A DNA stretch of 64,000 bases. Origin: Eledone cirrhosa. Taxonomy: Eukaryota. The stretch spans positions 164,052,001 through 164,116,000 of the forward strand of contig OZ024740.1 of the NCBI GenBank assembly GCA_964016885.1, written 5' to 3'. Positions 26,058 through 39,878 of this stretch are shown piece by piece. A program made the position numbers and the translations under genes. The stretch's first letter is position 1. Each line of letters starts with the position of its first letter. The notes beneath the pieces are model-generated. The model was not told where the DNA came from and did not search any database. It worked only from the letters and a program-made list of their open reading frames with translations.

Positions 26058-27810
26058 AGTTGCATTTATCTTGCTTTATGTTCATATGAGTTATCACCAA
26101 GTCACAACCAGTGACCTCAAGAGACAACAAGGTCCGCCATGTTCAAGAAAGAACATACATATTCACACATGCATCTTTAGTGTTTAGACTTGTGATGTAC
26201 TTATATTGACATAATCTTCCTTAGTATATGGGCAGTTCCCATTAGTACTATCTTTTGTATTTCTCCTATACGCGGGTTTCCCGGGATTTGCGATAAGTAA
26301 TCATTAGACCCCTTAGGTATCATTCCCAGAGCGCCTACAACCACTGGTATTGTTTTAGTTCTCAATTTCCACATTTTTCCAATTTCTATCTCCAGGTCCT
26401 TATACTTGCTCAATTTTTCAAATGTTTTTATAGATACATTCTTGTCTATTGGAACAAACATATCAATTAGCAGGCATACCCTCTTTTGAAAGTCCTTCAA
26501 TATTATATCAGGTCTGTTTGCATCTATTTTTCGGTCTGTTTGGATGCTAAAGTTCCACAAGATTGAGATGTGATCTTTTTCAAGTATGGGAGGTGGTTGA
26601 TGCTCCCACCAATTCTTTTGATGGGGCAGGTCAAAATGCTTACACATTATCCAATGTATGTATTGTGCAGCTCTGTCATGCCTGTTTAGGTATTCGGTTG
26701 GAGCTATAGGACTGCACATTGAAGTTATATGGTCAATGGTCTCTGGTTGTTTTTTGCATACACGGCATAATGGGCTGCACCCATTTTTTATTATGTTGGC
26801 TTGGTAATTTTTTGTTGGCAGACACTGATCTTGTGCCGATATAATCAGTCCTTCAGTCTCCGATTTCAGTCCAGAGGATGCCAACCACTGATGGGTTAAA
26901 GTTTTGTCAACATCAGGATTGTTAGCTCGCTCTGGGTATTTTCCATACAGAGGCTTTTCTTGCGATTTCTTAGCCAGTTTCTGTAGCAGTTCTTTCTTTG
27001 CAGTTACTTTTACCTGCTTTGCTTTTTCTGTGTTTTCCATTTCTGCAGTAAATGGGACTTCTGAAATTTGTAGTCCATTACTGTATCTTTGTGCATCTTT
27101 TGTAATGGAATATGATCTTTTGATGCTTTCGTGTTTCAAAACGAGTTTGATCATGCAATCATGTGATTCCCTTAGATATGTAAATAATCCAATTGTTGCA
27201 GTTTTTAACGCAATGTCTAACTGGATTAACCCACGTCCTCCTTCTTTCCTAGGGAGATATATTCTATCTATATCTGCTTTAGGGTGATGTATTCTGTGCA
27301 TGGTTAAGAATTTTCGAATTTTTGTATCGAGCCTACGGATCTCTGTGCTTGACCAGTTGATGACATTGTAACTGTAGGTTACTACTGGTATGGCAAGCGT
27401 GTTTATGGCATCGATCCTATTCCTTGCATTCAATTCCGTTTTTAAGATTGCTCTCACTCTGCGGTAACATTCCTTCCTTATCCTTTCCCTCATTGTCGAG
27501 TGCTTGATTCCGTCTCCTTCACAAACACCTAGATATTTGTAAGTTTTTTCTTGATCAAGTTCTCTTATCACGTTCCCCCGATCAAGATTAATGTCTGAAC
27601 TCTTCAGCAGCTTTCCTCTGGTGAACGTTGCTTTGGCGCATTTATCTAGTCCAAACTCCATTTTAATGTCATCACTGTGGATAATAGCCCTTGCAATTGT
27701 TCATCATTTTTTGCAAATAGTTTCAGGTCATCCATGTAGAACAGGTGATTAATGGTTTTGTCATAGACTTTATATCCCTGTTTTGTTTCATTGAGCATTT
27801 TACTTAATGG
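26058..27810 (-). mobile_element. Dong/R4-clade RLE retrotransposon A (5'-truncated) in (TAA)n
   Basis: HLFYMDDLKL, KEGGRGL, CRVC...HITSMC, RHD, NRPDII...ID...K..KY; TAA runs on both sides. Confidence 0.9.
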
Positions 27811-27812
27811 TA

Positions 27813-27912
<100 letters not shown>

Positions 27913-27919
27913 GTTGTTA

Positions 27920-29404
27920 TTCCTTGAATCTCAGTCATTGATGTTGGTTAACTGGAAAGTCCGTTGGATTGAATATCAAGCCACTACCTGCAGCCTCAGA
28001 TATTCAGGACGTATCGGAGGGTTCTTGCTGTTCCAAGCAAGCATGCCTTTTGAAGCGTTCCAAAAAGCGTGAAGGGGCCGATTTTCTTTAACCATCCCTG
28101 GAAACTTTTGGAGATAGTCCCCAGTGCGCCTATGACAATCGGGATCACTTTGACTTCATGGCAGTTCCAAATCCTTTTCACCTCCCACTTTAGGTCCTGG
28201 TATCGGTTAATTTTCTCCCTCTCCTTCTCTTGCACTCTCGTGTCGAACGGGCAGGCCACATCCACAATCAGACACGATCTTTTTTCTTTGTCCACAACCA
28301 CCAGGTCAGGTCTATTGTGTTCCAGTTTTTTGTCCGTCTGTATCCTAAAATCCCACAGCACCTTCACCTGATTGTTCTCCATCACCGCCTCTGGCCTATG
28401 CTCATACCATTTCTCAGAATGTGGTAAATTGTTTACTTTGCACAGGTGCCAGTGGATCACCCTGCCCATCACATCGTGTCTCCAGCCCTTATAGTGGGTC
28501 TGGGCTAGGTGTTTACACTCTGACACAATGTGAGCCACAATCTCCTCTCTCTCTCCACAGATCCTGCACAGTGGGCTAGCCTCCTCCTTGTAAATATGGT
28601 GCTTCAACCACTTCGTTTTGAGGGCCTGCTCCTGCGCAGCCATTAGCATTCCTTCTGTACCCTTTTTGAGGTCTCCTCTTCTCAACCAGTTCCATGTCTG
28701 TGGATCTCTAAATTCAGTTTTCTCAAAGAAGGTACTATGAAGGGATTTTCCCTTAAGGCTGCTCTTCCTCCTTGATGTTATTTCCTCCTTGGACATCCCC
28801 TGGCCTACTGTCCCCTCCTTCAGTACAGTTCTGAGCATTGGCTCCTTACTATAGGTCACGTATTTGTATAGGTTGTTTTTCTCCATCTGAACACAGTCCT
28901 CTATGCTGATAAGACCTCTTCCACCCTCAGATCTCCTTAGGTAGAGTCTATCGACATCACTCCTCTTGTGGAACATGTTGTAGATAGTCAATAGCTTCCT
29001 AGTCTTCCTATCCATTTCTTTTTGTTCAGCAACATTCCATCTCAGAATTCCCGCACTGTACCTAATAATAGACACAGCTCGGGAATTTACTGCGCTTATG
29101 GCATTTCTGCTGTTCAGATGTGACTTCAATACGCTCCTTACTCTCCGAATGTATTCAGTTCTTAACAATTCCTTCATTTTTTTGTTCTTTATGCCATCAG
29201 CCTCCAGAACGCCCAAATACTTGTATCCTTCCTCAGAGTCAATTTCCTTTATCATCTCACCTGTTGGTATCTGGATCCCGTTACTTCTGCTCAACCTACC
29301 CCTCCTCATCACAATGACTCCACATTTACCAATACCAAACTGCATACATATATCACTGCTGAAAATACGGACAGTGTCAACAAGCACATCCAACTCCTTC
29401 TCAC
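27920..29404 (-). mobile_element. Dong/R4-clade RLE retrotransposon B (5'-truncated) in (TAA)n
   Basis: YKYLG, EGGRGL, CRIC...HIVSEC, RHD, NRPDLV..VDVACP; TAA runs on both sides; protein distinct from A. Confidence 0.9.
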
Positions 29405-29466
<62 letters not shown>

Positions 29467-30226
29467 TTTTTTTTTTTCTTTTCTCGTGCAATGGCCATAC
29501 TCGATAACGAGGGGGCACCCATCATGTATGTATGTATGTATGTATGTATGTATGTATGTATGTATGTATGTATGTATGTATGTATGTATGTATGTATGTA
29601 TGTATGTATGTATGTATGTATGCATGTATGTATGTCGTGTCACTCTTGAATACTACTCTTGAGTACAACCTGTCGCATGGTCGGGTCGTCGGTGATTAAA
29701 CCGGCAACGCCACTAAGTTTACTTGGTGAGCAGGGTGATTTTGGACATCCTGCAGGACAAAAAACAAAACCTGACAAAGGGCGGAAGAACTCATAAGAGT
29801 CAACGGCCATCCAAAAATGTGTAAATATGTATATACACATGCACATATGTACATATACACATGTACATATGTATGTAGATGTATGTGTGCATGTATATGC
29901 AGTGGCGGACAGGCCAGGTTACCAGGTTGCCCAATGGCAAGTGGGCCCTACAGGGCCCACGGCAGCATTGCAAGAGCCCAGAGTAGCATTGCAGGGCCCA
30001 CTGTAGTATTTTAAGGGTCAATGCTTTGCTTTAAAAAAATAGGTGAAATCTAAAAGAAAGAATAAAAAAAAATAAAACAATTAAGCAAAGCATTTGGTCA
30101 ACCAATTCCCCAGGAAATTAATAGAAACCAAAATAGCTGGATCAGTGGTTGTACATTATACTAAATCTAAAGTTTAGTGTACTCATTCATGCTTGCAAAC
30201 ATACATATATAGACACAGATACACAA

Positions 30227-30267
<41 letters not shown>

Positions 30268-30296
30268 AAAGAATAGAGGTGTAACACACAAGTTAT

Positions 30297-30330
<34 letters not shown>

Positions 30331-30485
30331 TATATATATTTACACACGCACTACTGATCAAATAATATTTGGTATCGTTGTGTTAAAGACATCTGTCAAA
30401 TCAATTAGTGGTGAAGGTGGTGTATATATATAGATGCACACACGCACACACACACACGCACGCACACACGCACGCACACACACAC

Positions 30486-30575
<90 letters not shown>

Positions 30576-30944
30576 TGAGTGAGTGTGAAAGACCAAAACC
30601 CTTGTGGTTAATAAAGAAATCATTATTGAAAGTCTCTGGATTTCGCAAAATACATATTTTTTTTATTGGACAAGGTAAGATATTTTCCCGCAAAAATGTG
30701 ATTGGACTGTTCTGTTTCCACTTATGTATCTTTTGAAAATGTTATTTATTTATTTTTCAAAATTAAATGTAGCATTCTATATATAGAATGTTACATTTAA
30801 TTTTTAAAATAAATAAATAACATATATATAACATATATATACCCCACTCCCAAGAGCGTGAAATTAATAAACATTTGTTGTACTGCCTCCCTGTTTTGTT
30901 CCCGTACAATTTTTCATTATATATATATATATATATATATATAG

Positions 30945-33254
30945 TAATAATAATACATTTGAAGACAAAAATCCAAAGCGGGCTCGATAAGGATAAATAT
31001 ATATCAAATATATAAGAACCCCAATTCGACATCAATAATTACTACTCCTCCATCACTTTACCACTTCTCCTTAGAGCTATCAATTTCGCTAAAACACTCA
31101 CAGTGGTTAAGGATTTCGAAGTTGATGTCATCCTCAATGCCCGTAAGTCGGTGATTAATTACGACGACTATGTTTGGATAAAAAATCTAATAGTACCCCA
31201 TTCGAGGTGAGTATGGGCGCCAGAAATTCAGCGGAGGTTACTGATCTTATCGGCTTTTTCCTTCTTTTCTCTATCAAGGAAGAATTCCCCAACGTGGGTG
31301 GTGGTTTGTACCGTGATGATGGTCTTTTGACCATGACAAAGTGCGGCCCACGTGCTTGCGACAGGTTAAGAAAAGAACTCACAGATTTCTTTAAAGGCTT
31401 CAATCTCTCCATACAGGTTGAGGCCAACCTCTTGGTCGTTAATTACCTCGACGTTACTCTCAATTGGTCGAATGGCTTGCACTACCCGTATAGAAAGCCG
31501 AATGATACGCTTAATTACATAAGTAAGCATTCTAACCATCCTGCCAGCATAACCAAGAACCTAGTAAGAAACGTTTCTTTGAGGCTTTCCCGTCTATCTA
31601 TTAACGAGCATATTTTTAACGACCATTCCACATATTACAATGAAGCTCTTGCTCGGAGTGGATCTGTCGATAAGGTAGTACATAAAGAGTACGAGAATAG
31701 ACCTAGAAAAATAGATCCCGACGCATTATATTGTATAACCCACCATATAATATGGAGGTGGCGACACCATTAGCTAAGATCTTTCTCTCCCTTATTATGA
31801 AGCATTTTCACCCAACACATAAATATAGTAAAATTTTTAATAGAAATACCATTAAAATTTCTTACTCTACGACTCCTAACCTTGCACATAACATCACAGC
31901 TTCAAATTTAGCTAAACTACCTAGCCGTAGGAACACGCGCAACCCTGTAGCTAGTACTAACTGTAATTGTAGGAATCGGGTTGACTGCCCCTATCCGGGA
32001 AATGCCTCTCTAGTAACATTGTCTACAAATGTAAGGTTGAAACATCCACGTCCCGTAGGGCCTACATAGGGTTAACCGCCAATAGATTCAAGCAGCGTCT
32101 TTACATGCATACCCATTCTTTTCTTAACCCTTTAAGAAAGAATATGACGTCACTTTCAGCTTATATCTGGAGTCTAAAAGACAACCACACCCAATATAAG
32201 TTACACTGGGAGATCCTAGCTAAAGCTAGATCGTATAACAGAAATAAAAGACCATGTGACTTCTGCGCCGCTGAGGCCCTGGAAATACTCTACGCCAAAG
32301 ACCACAACTTAAACAAAAAATCTGAGGCAATTTCGGCTTGTAAATATAAATTGCACAAAACTTTCCTGTATTACAGCCCCACATTATACCCTAACGGATA
32401 GTACGAACTGTACGCGGATATTTTATGTCTTGATGTGGTAACTAAGTATATGTTATGTTTATACCATTACTTATTTGTATTGGTAAGTATATATTACCTG
32501 TATGCTTTGTGAAGGTACGTATACTTTCTCGTACGTATATAGATTGTATATGTTATGGCGTATATATTATATATTCTGGTACATATGCATTTGGTTATGT
32601 GTATACGCGAGTTTTGCGTCTGTGTGAGTATGCGGGTGCGTACGTATGTAGGGTGTGTGTATATGTGTACTTTGTGTTTTGGTTGACGTACGTTTCCGAA
32701 CATATGTGTATTTACATGTAGGTATGTGTGTGCGCGCGTTATATACGTATTTATTTATTTATATACGTTTATTTAATTATATGTACACACACAAACACAC
32801 ATATATATATATATTTTATATATATTTTTATGTGTATTTGGTGTATACATTCGTATGTGTGCGACTACAGGCGTTGCATGGGTTCTGTATGTGCGTGCTG
32901 TTTTTTTTTGGTGTACGTACTTGTATATGTATACCTTGGCGAGTGTTTTCGCGTATGCTTGTGTATGTACGTATTTGGATGCGTGTATGTATTTATTTAA
33001 TTTCAATTATCTCTGTATTTTATTTACTTTATTCTTAACTCTGAAACAGAGAATCATTCGGTTTCCTAGTTAGAATTTTAGTCTACGACTTCAGCTATAC
33101 CATATACGTGGTTTTGTCTTTGCGTGCAATTGTTCTTCCCGCTCCACATATGACGTATTTTCTTCGTTTTTTCCGTTCATTGCCAGAGAACGTCTCCATG
33201 AACCACCTAATAGAATATTAAACTACGACTTCTTTTATACCATAAACGTGGTTT
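30945..33254 (+). mobile_element. Penelope-like element 2 (distinct group), 5'-truncated and frameshifted, between (TA)n tracts
   Basis: FDINNYYSSI, FEVSMGARNSAEV, LYRDDGL, NYLDVTL; CNCRNRVDCP; NIVYKC...AYIGLTANRFKQR. Confidence 0.88.
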
Positions 33255-33264
33255 ATATATATAT

Positions 33265-33730
33265 ATATTGTTGTACTTGGGGAGAGTCATATTGTTGTAA
33301 AAATTGTTTCTACTTTTGGCACAAGGCCAGCAATTATCCCAGTGTATTACTGGTACTTTATTTTATCGACCCCGTAAGGATGAAAGGCAAAGTTAACCTC
33401 GGCGGGATTTGAACTCAGATCATAAAGGACCGTAACTCTTTGCTGAAAAGCATGGCGTCTGACCCTCTACCGATACTGCCAATCCATCACCCTTATTGTT
33501 GTAATATTGTTGTAATAATATTGCCAGAAATAATAACAGAACACACTCACTGTTTGGTTGGTTTTCGCTTCTGCATCTTTTATATCTCCACAGTTAATTC
33601 ATTCGGTCCTCAATGTTTACCATTGACTGACCAACGATAAAAAATACAAATATAATATAGATATAAACACATATATATAGTCTAACAAAGTTCTTTTGTT
33701 GAACAACTGCAACATCATCAGTGGTACTAT
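33265..33730 (-). mobile_element. Solo copy of the PLE-1 3' terminal repeat with a degenerate hammerhead (33684-33725), interrupted by a SINE
   Basis: Reverse complement matches 16250-16510; minus strand reads acca-CTGATGA-tgttg...caac-AAAA-gaac-tt. Confidence 0.75.
33301..33492 (-). mobile_element. tRNA-derived SINE (Meta-domain-like)
   Basis: Full head and body; TSD tattgttgtaa. Confidence 0.85.
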
Positions 33731-33900
33731 TAATGCCAATCATTGTAAGTTTGAATCTAACTGACATGGCATGCAAAAACATATATATAGGAATAAGGTA
33801 AGCCCAAATCATAGTATATTCAAATATCACAGAGAGAAAGAGAGGGAGAGATGGAGAGAGGAAGAGAGGGAGCGAGAGATAGAGATAGAGAGATAGATAG

Positions 33901-33934
<34 letters not shown>

Positions 33935-34069
33935 GAGGGGGAGATATGAGATGCAACAGAAATGAAATATGGATTACAGGTTAAAATATAGTCTAGTTAG
34001 ATGTGAAACAAAACGAGGATGTAGGTTATGGAACACACAAATGATTTAAAGTCGGCCTTAAGTAGGAGC

Positions 34070-34483
34070 AATAACATTAAGAAAGACATGAACGACACCA
34101 CATCATTTTGTTTTGAAAATTTTGAAAGTAGATTTATAAGTATGAATTTTCATAAGATTTCCGTAGTTGTCTTTGTGGCCTAGCTGTAGGTACTAGAGAC
34201 GATGGCGATCCTGGCCTTGGGTTCAATCCTGGTCAAGAAGTACATGTAACCTTTTTCGGTTTTTATTTTACAACCCATAGAAAAAAAAACTGAAAAGGTT
34301 TACCTGGAACCCTACTCCCGACGAGAATCGAACTTCAGACCAGGATCACCACCGTCTATGATTCCTCCAGCTAGGCCGCCGAGTCAGCTACAAAAGTATA
34401 ATGAAACTTGATAATTATAAACCTACTTTCAAAATCAAAGTTAAAAAGATGTGGTGTCGTTCATGGCTTTCCTAGAGCTATTA
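34070..34483. repeat. ~410 bp imperfect palindrome with a tRNA-like segment in each arm
   Basis: gaaagacatgaacgacaccacatc / gatgtggtgtcgttcatggctttc; ggcctagctg / cagctaggcc. Confidence 0.8.
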
Positions 34484-34506
34484 GTAATATATAATGTCGA
34501 CTCCTG

Positions 34507-34642
34507 GTCACGGCCCTTGCCATTCTGAGTTCAAATCCCGCCGAGGTTAACTTTGACTTTCATCCTTACGGGGTCGATAAAATAAAGTACCAGTAATGTA
34601 CTGGGTAATTTCTGGCCTTGTGCCAAAAGTAGAAACAATTAT
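34507..34642 (+). mobile_element. tRNA-derived SINE (Meta-domain-like), partial
   Basis: Same family as 53196-53385. Confidence 0.8.
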
Positions 34643-35504
34643 TGAAAGTCTCTGGATTTCGCAAAATACATAATATTTTTTATTGGAGAAGGTAAGATAT
34701 TTTTCTGCAAAAATTTGATTGCACTGTTTTGTTTCCACTTATGTATTTTTCGAAAATGTTATTTATTCATTATATATAACTTAAATGATAGCATTCTATA
34801 TGTAGATGGGCCCCCTTCATCTCTCGGCAACCAATACTTTTAGACCCAGTCCGCCGCTGTGTGTATGTATATACGCGAGGACATAGAAATAGTGGGGCTG
34901 GATAAACGATCGCGCGGTTAATCCGCTAGGAGTAAAGGACCCCTAGTCAGGGCATTCTTCTAGGAGAAGGCAACTCAAGAAACTGGGATAACTCCGACAT
35001 AAAACCTGCGGCTCAGTAGTTACCGATGATGTTAATCATCTTTTCTTCTTTTCGAATTATAGCTACTGTCGCTCAGAGAGTGGGATTGGCTCAGTGCACA
35101 GTCTTTCCTCACTTTAAAAAAAATCTTCATCACAGGCATTGCAAGATAGAATTAATTAATAATTATTAATAATGGTATATCCTGCAATGGCCACACTCGA
35201 TAACGAGGGGGCAGCCATCATGTATGTATGTATCTATCTATCAATTTATCTATCTACCAATCTATCTTTCTGTCTATCTACTTACTTCACTACCTTACTG
35301 TGAATATTTGCGCATATATATATGTTGCCTTTGTGTCTCAACTCTGTTTATTTTGAGCATAATCTGCTCAGTGGCAAGGTTGTAAAGAATAAAATGTAAA
35401 AGAGAATTGACTCTTTCTTTTTATCATCATTCGCGCAATAATCCATCCTTTAAATTTCAAAAGCATCTTTAAATTTTAAGTTTTTTTTAAAGTTTTGGAA
35501 ATTT

Positions 35505-35570
<66 letters not shown>

Positions 35571-35851
35571 ACACACACGCACACACACACGCACACGCAC
35601 ACGCACACGCACACAAACGAAAACAGACTCATACACACATATTCATAAGTACCGACATGGCAGTATGGTTGAGAAGTTAGCTTCCCAACAATTTGGTTGA
35701 CGGAAACTACAAGAAAACAAGAGAGAAAATACGAGAAAAAGAGGGAAGAAAAAGAATACATATTTGTTAACAGGTAGGCCTCCTGGAACTCTCTCACCCC
35801 CTCTCTCTCTCTCTCTTTATATATATATATATACATATATAATTTTTTCTT

Positions 35852-36030
35852 CTTTTGGCACAAAGCCAGCAAATACCTAGTACTACATTACTGGTACTTT
35901 ATTTTATCGACTCCGTAAGGATGAAAGGCAAAGTTAACCTCGGCGGGATTTGAACTCAGACCGTAAAGAGACGTAACTATGCTGGAAAGCACGGTGTCCG
36001 ACCCTCTACAGATACTGCCAATTAACCGCA
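35852..36030 (-). mobile_element. tRNA-derived SINE (Meta-domain-like)
   Basis: Same family as 53196-53385. Confidence 0.8.
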
Positions 36031-36226
36031 TAATAATAACATTAATAAAGATGCTGTTGTTACATAAATCGTTTATTCATTATAATTATTTCAACGGTTC
36101 TCCCATGCAATCAAGATGTAATTCATGCATTTGTTGTTATGAGAACGGTATCCTCAGATGAAATTCGATTTTGTGATATGCCGCCGGCAGGAAAAACACG
36201 TCCTTCAGCTCGTGCGCCCGGCAGAC

Positions 36227-36288
<62 letters not shown>

Positions 36289-36496
36289 GAAATGTGGTAG
36301 ACAGTAACCGTATGAACACCCTTCGCATAAATATAGATACATGAATTGATGAGAGCTGCTATTTTTATTTGTTCCAATCTGAGTTTGGAAGAGATATAAC
36401 ATTATTTCCTGCGTTTATCATTGTTGTGTTATTTTGTTTTGGTTTAGCTATAGCAAGAGTTTGAAGATTTTTAAGACCCTTATTTTTTGGGGGGTG

Positions 36497-36534
<38 letters not shown>

Positions 36535-37963
36535 AAAACTGGTTTCGTGTAGAGTTGTATAACTCCTTAGATATATGTCAATATATATATATATATAAAT
36601 AAATTTAAACACACACACAGACTCATATATATATATATAAAAAGATGGTAGATAATAACAGAAAAACAAATACATTTAGAATTGTATGTATCAAAGAAAT
36701 AGTGTTAGAAATACATAATCATATATACTTGCATGCATATATTCATACACGTATTAGCACATAAAAATGTTAATACACATAAAATACACGCTCACACATA
36801 TGGACGCATACACGCAAACACACATTCAAACATCCACGTACACTTAAACACACACACTCACAAACAAACATCGACACGTACATACTCTTATAAGTGGTGG
36901 ATATGTTTTTCAAATAATTTCCTGTAATATTTGTAAGCTAGCAAATATTATATTTCTGCTATTATGTTGCTATGTTATTTTATCTTCTCTTATGAAAACT
37001 ATTACCAAATGTTGTGTAAAATAAGGAAATTGCTACTGTATATAAATGATGTTTCAATGGAAAGCAGAATAAATGTGTAATTATTTATGTTATTATTGTC
37101 GCCATGCAGTCATATTGCTTTCTCTATAAAAGCCTTTCATTATTTAATGCATTTATTTATACAACAGCATAACTGTTCCAAAAGACGTGGATCCTTCAAA
37201 GTTAGAGGAGTTCTATTCCTTGCATTTTTATCACCTTAATCGCTATAAAGGGAGTTTCGGATTTGAGATTACGAGGATAGTCTTGATTTATTGAATTTTT
37301 GTTATCCGCTCGCCGTATTCAGAGAGCGAGAATTTATTTGCATGTATGCACTTCATAAAGGTATTTTTACATGTCGCTTTGTTGACACACACATTCAGTG
37401 CATAATGATCTGCCCTTTCCCGTATATTTGGTCATATTCTAAGTGTAGTCAACTTGCTTAATGAATAATATATACCGAGGAGATATAATAAGTTCGAAAC
37501 TAAGTTGTCTTAGAAACAAGTCCAATCTCACTGCATTGTCTTAATTTGTTCCAGAAGACTTGGATTAGCCAAGGCTATTGGAGTTTACCTCTAAAGTGTC
37601 TTGAAATTGTGAGGATTGTCTCATTACATTCAGACAGAGAAATGTATTTGTATTTGTATATATATATTGGGTATCTATCTATCTATTTATCTATCAACCT
37701 ATCTATCCATCCATCCATCGATCCATCTATCTATTGTGCCTATCGAGTATAACCACCCTCTGAATCCCTTCCTCCCTCCTTTAGTAATGCAAGTGCCTCA
37801 CCACCACGAGGCTTTCAAGATGACAAAGACATACATTAATATGGCAAGGTCAAGACACAATATCCTAGGCACAGACAGTACTTCAAAGGAAGACTGCAGC
37901 ATTAGAGACAGAGGAATTGCGATTGCTTCTACCCATACTGTACATTCTTAATTACGAGACTAC

Positions 37964-38059
<96 letters not shown>

Positions 38060-38711
38060 ATATAGAATAGCCGTTAAATCTCCATCAAATTTCATTCTGC
38101 CGTCTTCAAAAAGAAAAGAAAAAAAAAAGTAAACACTGGGTACTTCAATCCTGGATATGTTATGTCTGTATAAGACGGAATTTGTCTTTGATTTTATGAC
38201 GGCTCTATCAGGGACGACTTGGTGAATAAAAAACAACCATATAGCGAGAGTAAGGTAAATACATATGAATATATCTATAGGTAGTTATTTAAAACTAGAA
38301 AAGATATAACAGCGACAACAGCAACAGAAGTAACAACAGCAGATGTTACAACGGCATATGTAAGTAACATAACAGCAGATGCAGCAAGATTCAAATTTTA
38401 CAATAATTTCTTTTTTCCTGTTTTCTCTAATTTATTGTGTTTCCCTAACATTAGCGCTGTTATTTACATATGTTTTCATTTAACAGTTTCAATGTATTGT
38501 ATTTTTTTCTAAGTTTTATCTGTCGTCTACTATCGTATCATATTTTCTTCTTGTCATTATGTTTTTGCTTACAGTTTCACCAACTTTACTGACTACTGTT
38601 TATCATTTTTACCCAATCTTTTCTCTTTTTTATATTTTATTCTATTTAGGAATTATCATTTTTTTCTCTTTCTCGTTTTACCTTTTTTTTCCTATCAGCT
38701 TAATATTAATG

Positions 38712-38783
38712 TTTTTCCATCATCATTTACAATATTGTTTATAATCCGTCCTTTCTTCCATATTAGCTTTGCATAATTTCCAG

Positions 38784-38851
<68 letters not shown>

Positions 38852-38922
38852 CTGGAAATTATGCAAAGCTATTATGGAAGAAAGGACGGATTATAAACAA
38901 TATTGTAAATGATGATGGAAAA
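38712..38922. repeat. Near-perfect inverted duplication centred on (TA)n
   Basis: ~75 bp arms: ccatcatcatttacaatattg...ccagcttta / taaagctgg...caatattgtaaatgatgatgg. Confidence 0.92.
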
Positions 38923-38955
38923 AGATAAAAATATATAGAAAATGATAAAAAAAAA

Positions 38956-39027
<72 letters not shown>

Positions 39028-39050
39028 GTGGTTACACAACAGTTAGTTCA

Positions 39051-39100
39051 CCATACCGAGAACAATTGTTTCACCTTAGCGGATCTTCAGCTCGGAATGG
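39051..39100 (-). ncRNA. Minimal type I hammerhead ribozyme
   Basis: Minus strand: ccattccgag-CTGAAGA-tccgctaaggt-GAAA-caattg-TT-ctcggtatgg; 9 of 10 bp in stem I; palindromic stem III. Confidence 0.8.
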
Positions 39101-39245
39101 GCATGGTTATAGGAACAGGAAGGACAACCGTACGAACGCGCATGCGCAGAAACCCTGTCACTTCACACAGGCAATACTAGACTGCGTGCGAGAGGTGTAA
39201 GGGAGATAACTGCAAAAGTCCGAAAAGTTTGTAATAGAGTGGGTA

Positions 39246-39351
39246 ATAGGAACAAGTAAGACCCCGACGGCTGAGCTCAAGCCGTTTCGACGGCTAATTC
39301 TGGAATTAGCCGTCGAAACGGCTTGAGCTCAGCCGTCGGGTCTTATTTGTT

Positions 39352-39356
<5 letters not shown>
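39246..39356. repeat. ~110 bp near-perfect palindrome
   Basis: ataggaacaag...gccgtttcgacggctaattc tg gaattagccgtcgaaacggc...ttgttcctat. Confidence 0.92.
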
Positions 39357-39402
<46 letters not shown>

Positions 39403-39535
39403 GTAGAAGTTATATTTAATTCGTTGGGATACAACAAGCAAATATTTTTATAACTGATATAAAGCACTCAACGAATTTTTGGAGTAAAAATACAATATAT
39501 TAATAAATGGAAACTATATTTATAAAACCATATTT

Positions 39536-39598
39536 ATTTCATTATACATATTTCAAGGACACCAAAGCAAATTATGGTGCACTTTCATCAGATAAAAT
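39536..39598 (-). ncRNA. Minimal type I hammerhead ribozyme
   Basis: Minus strand: attttat-CTGATGA-aagtgcacca...tggtgtcctt-GAAA-tatgta-TA-atgaaat. Confidence 0.8.
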
Positions 39599-39639
39599 AT
39601 AATATAGATAAGTTTTATAAACAAATATTGACATACCCT

Positions 39640-39699
39640 TAAAAGAATGCGACAATGTCTGTTGGAAGCTCCGGGAGCTTCCAACAGACATGGTCGCAT

Positions 39700-39706
<7 letters not shown>
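39640..39706. repeat. Near-perfect 33-bp-arm hairpin
   Basis: taaaagaatgcgacaatgtctgttggaagctcc g ggagcttccaacagacatggtcgcattctttta. Confidence 0.9.
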
Positions 39707-39735
<29 letters not shown>

Positions 39736-39878
39736 TTATTTAGGTTTGTTGGTTCACCACTGGATAGAACTGGTCATTCCGTAGGCCAACCTCGATGTAA
39801 TATTATGGAGAGCACTCAACGTAATGCAACTCACCCGTCTTCATTTGTGTAGCTGGTGCGAGTACGGAGTTAATTATT

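Larger units (their letters stand above)
29900..34859. mobile_element. hAT-like non-autonomous DNA transposon carrying nested inserts
   Basis: TIRs cagtggcggacagg / ccagtccgccgctg; 8-bp TSD tgtatatg / tgtgtatg; subterminal gggccc motifs. Confidence 0.75.
29635..35221 (+). mobile_element. RTE-derived non-autonomous element (subtype A), split into 29635-29899 and 34860-35221
   Basis: The two halves join to match the uninterrupted copy at 46195-46810. Confidence 0.8.

Noticed and set aside
34160-34240. Functional tRNA gene
   Set aside because: Pol III-like boxes are present but I could not fold a clean cloverleaf
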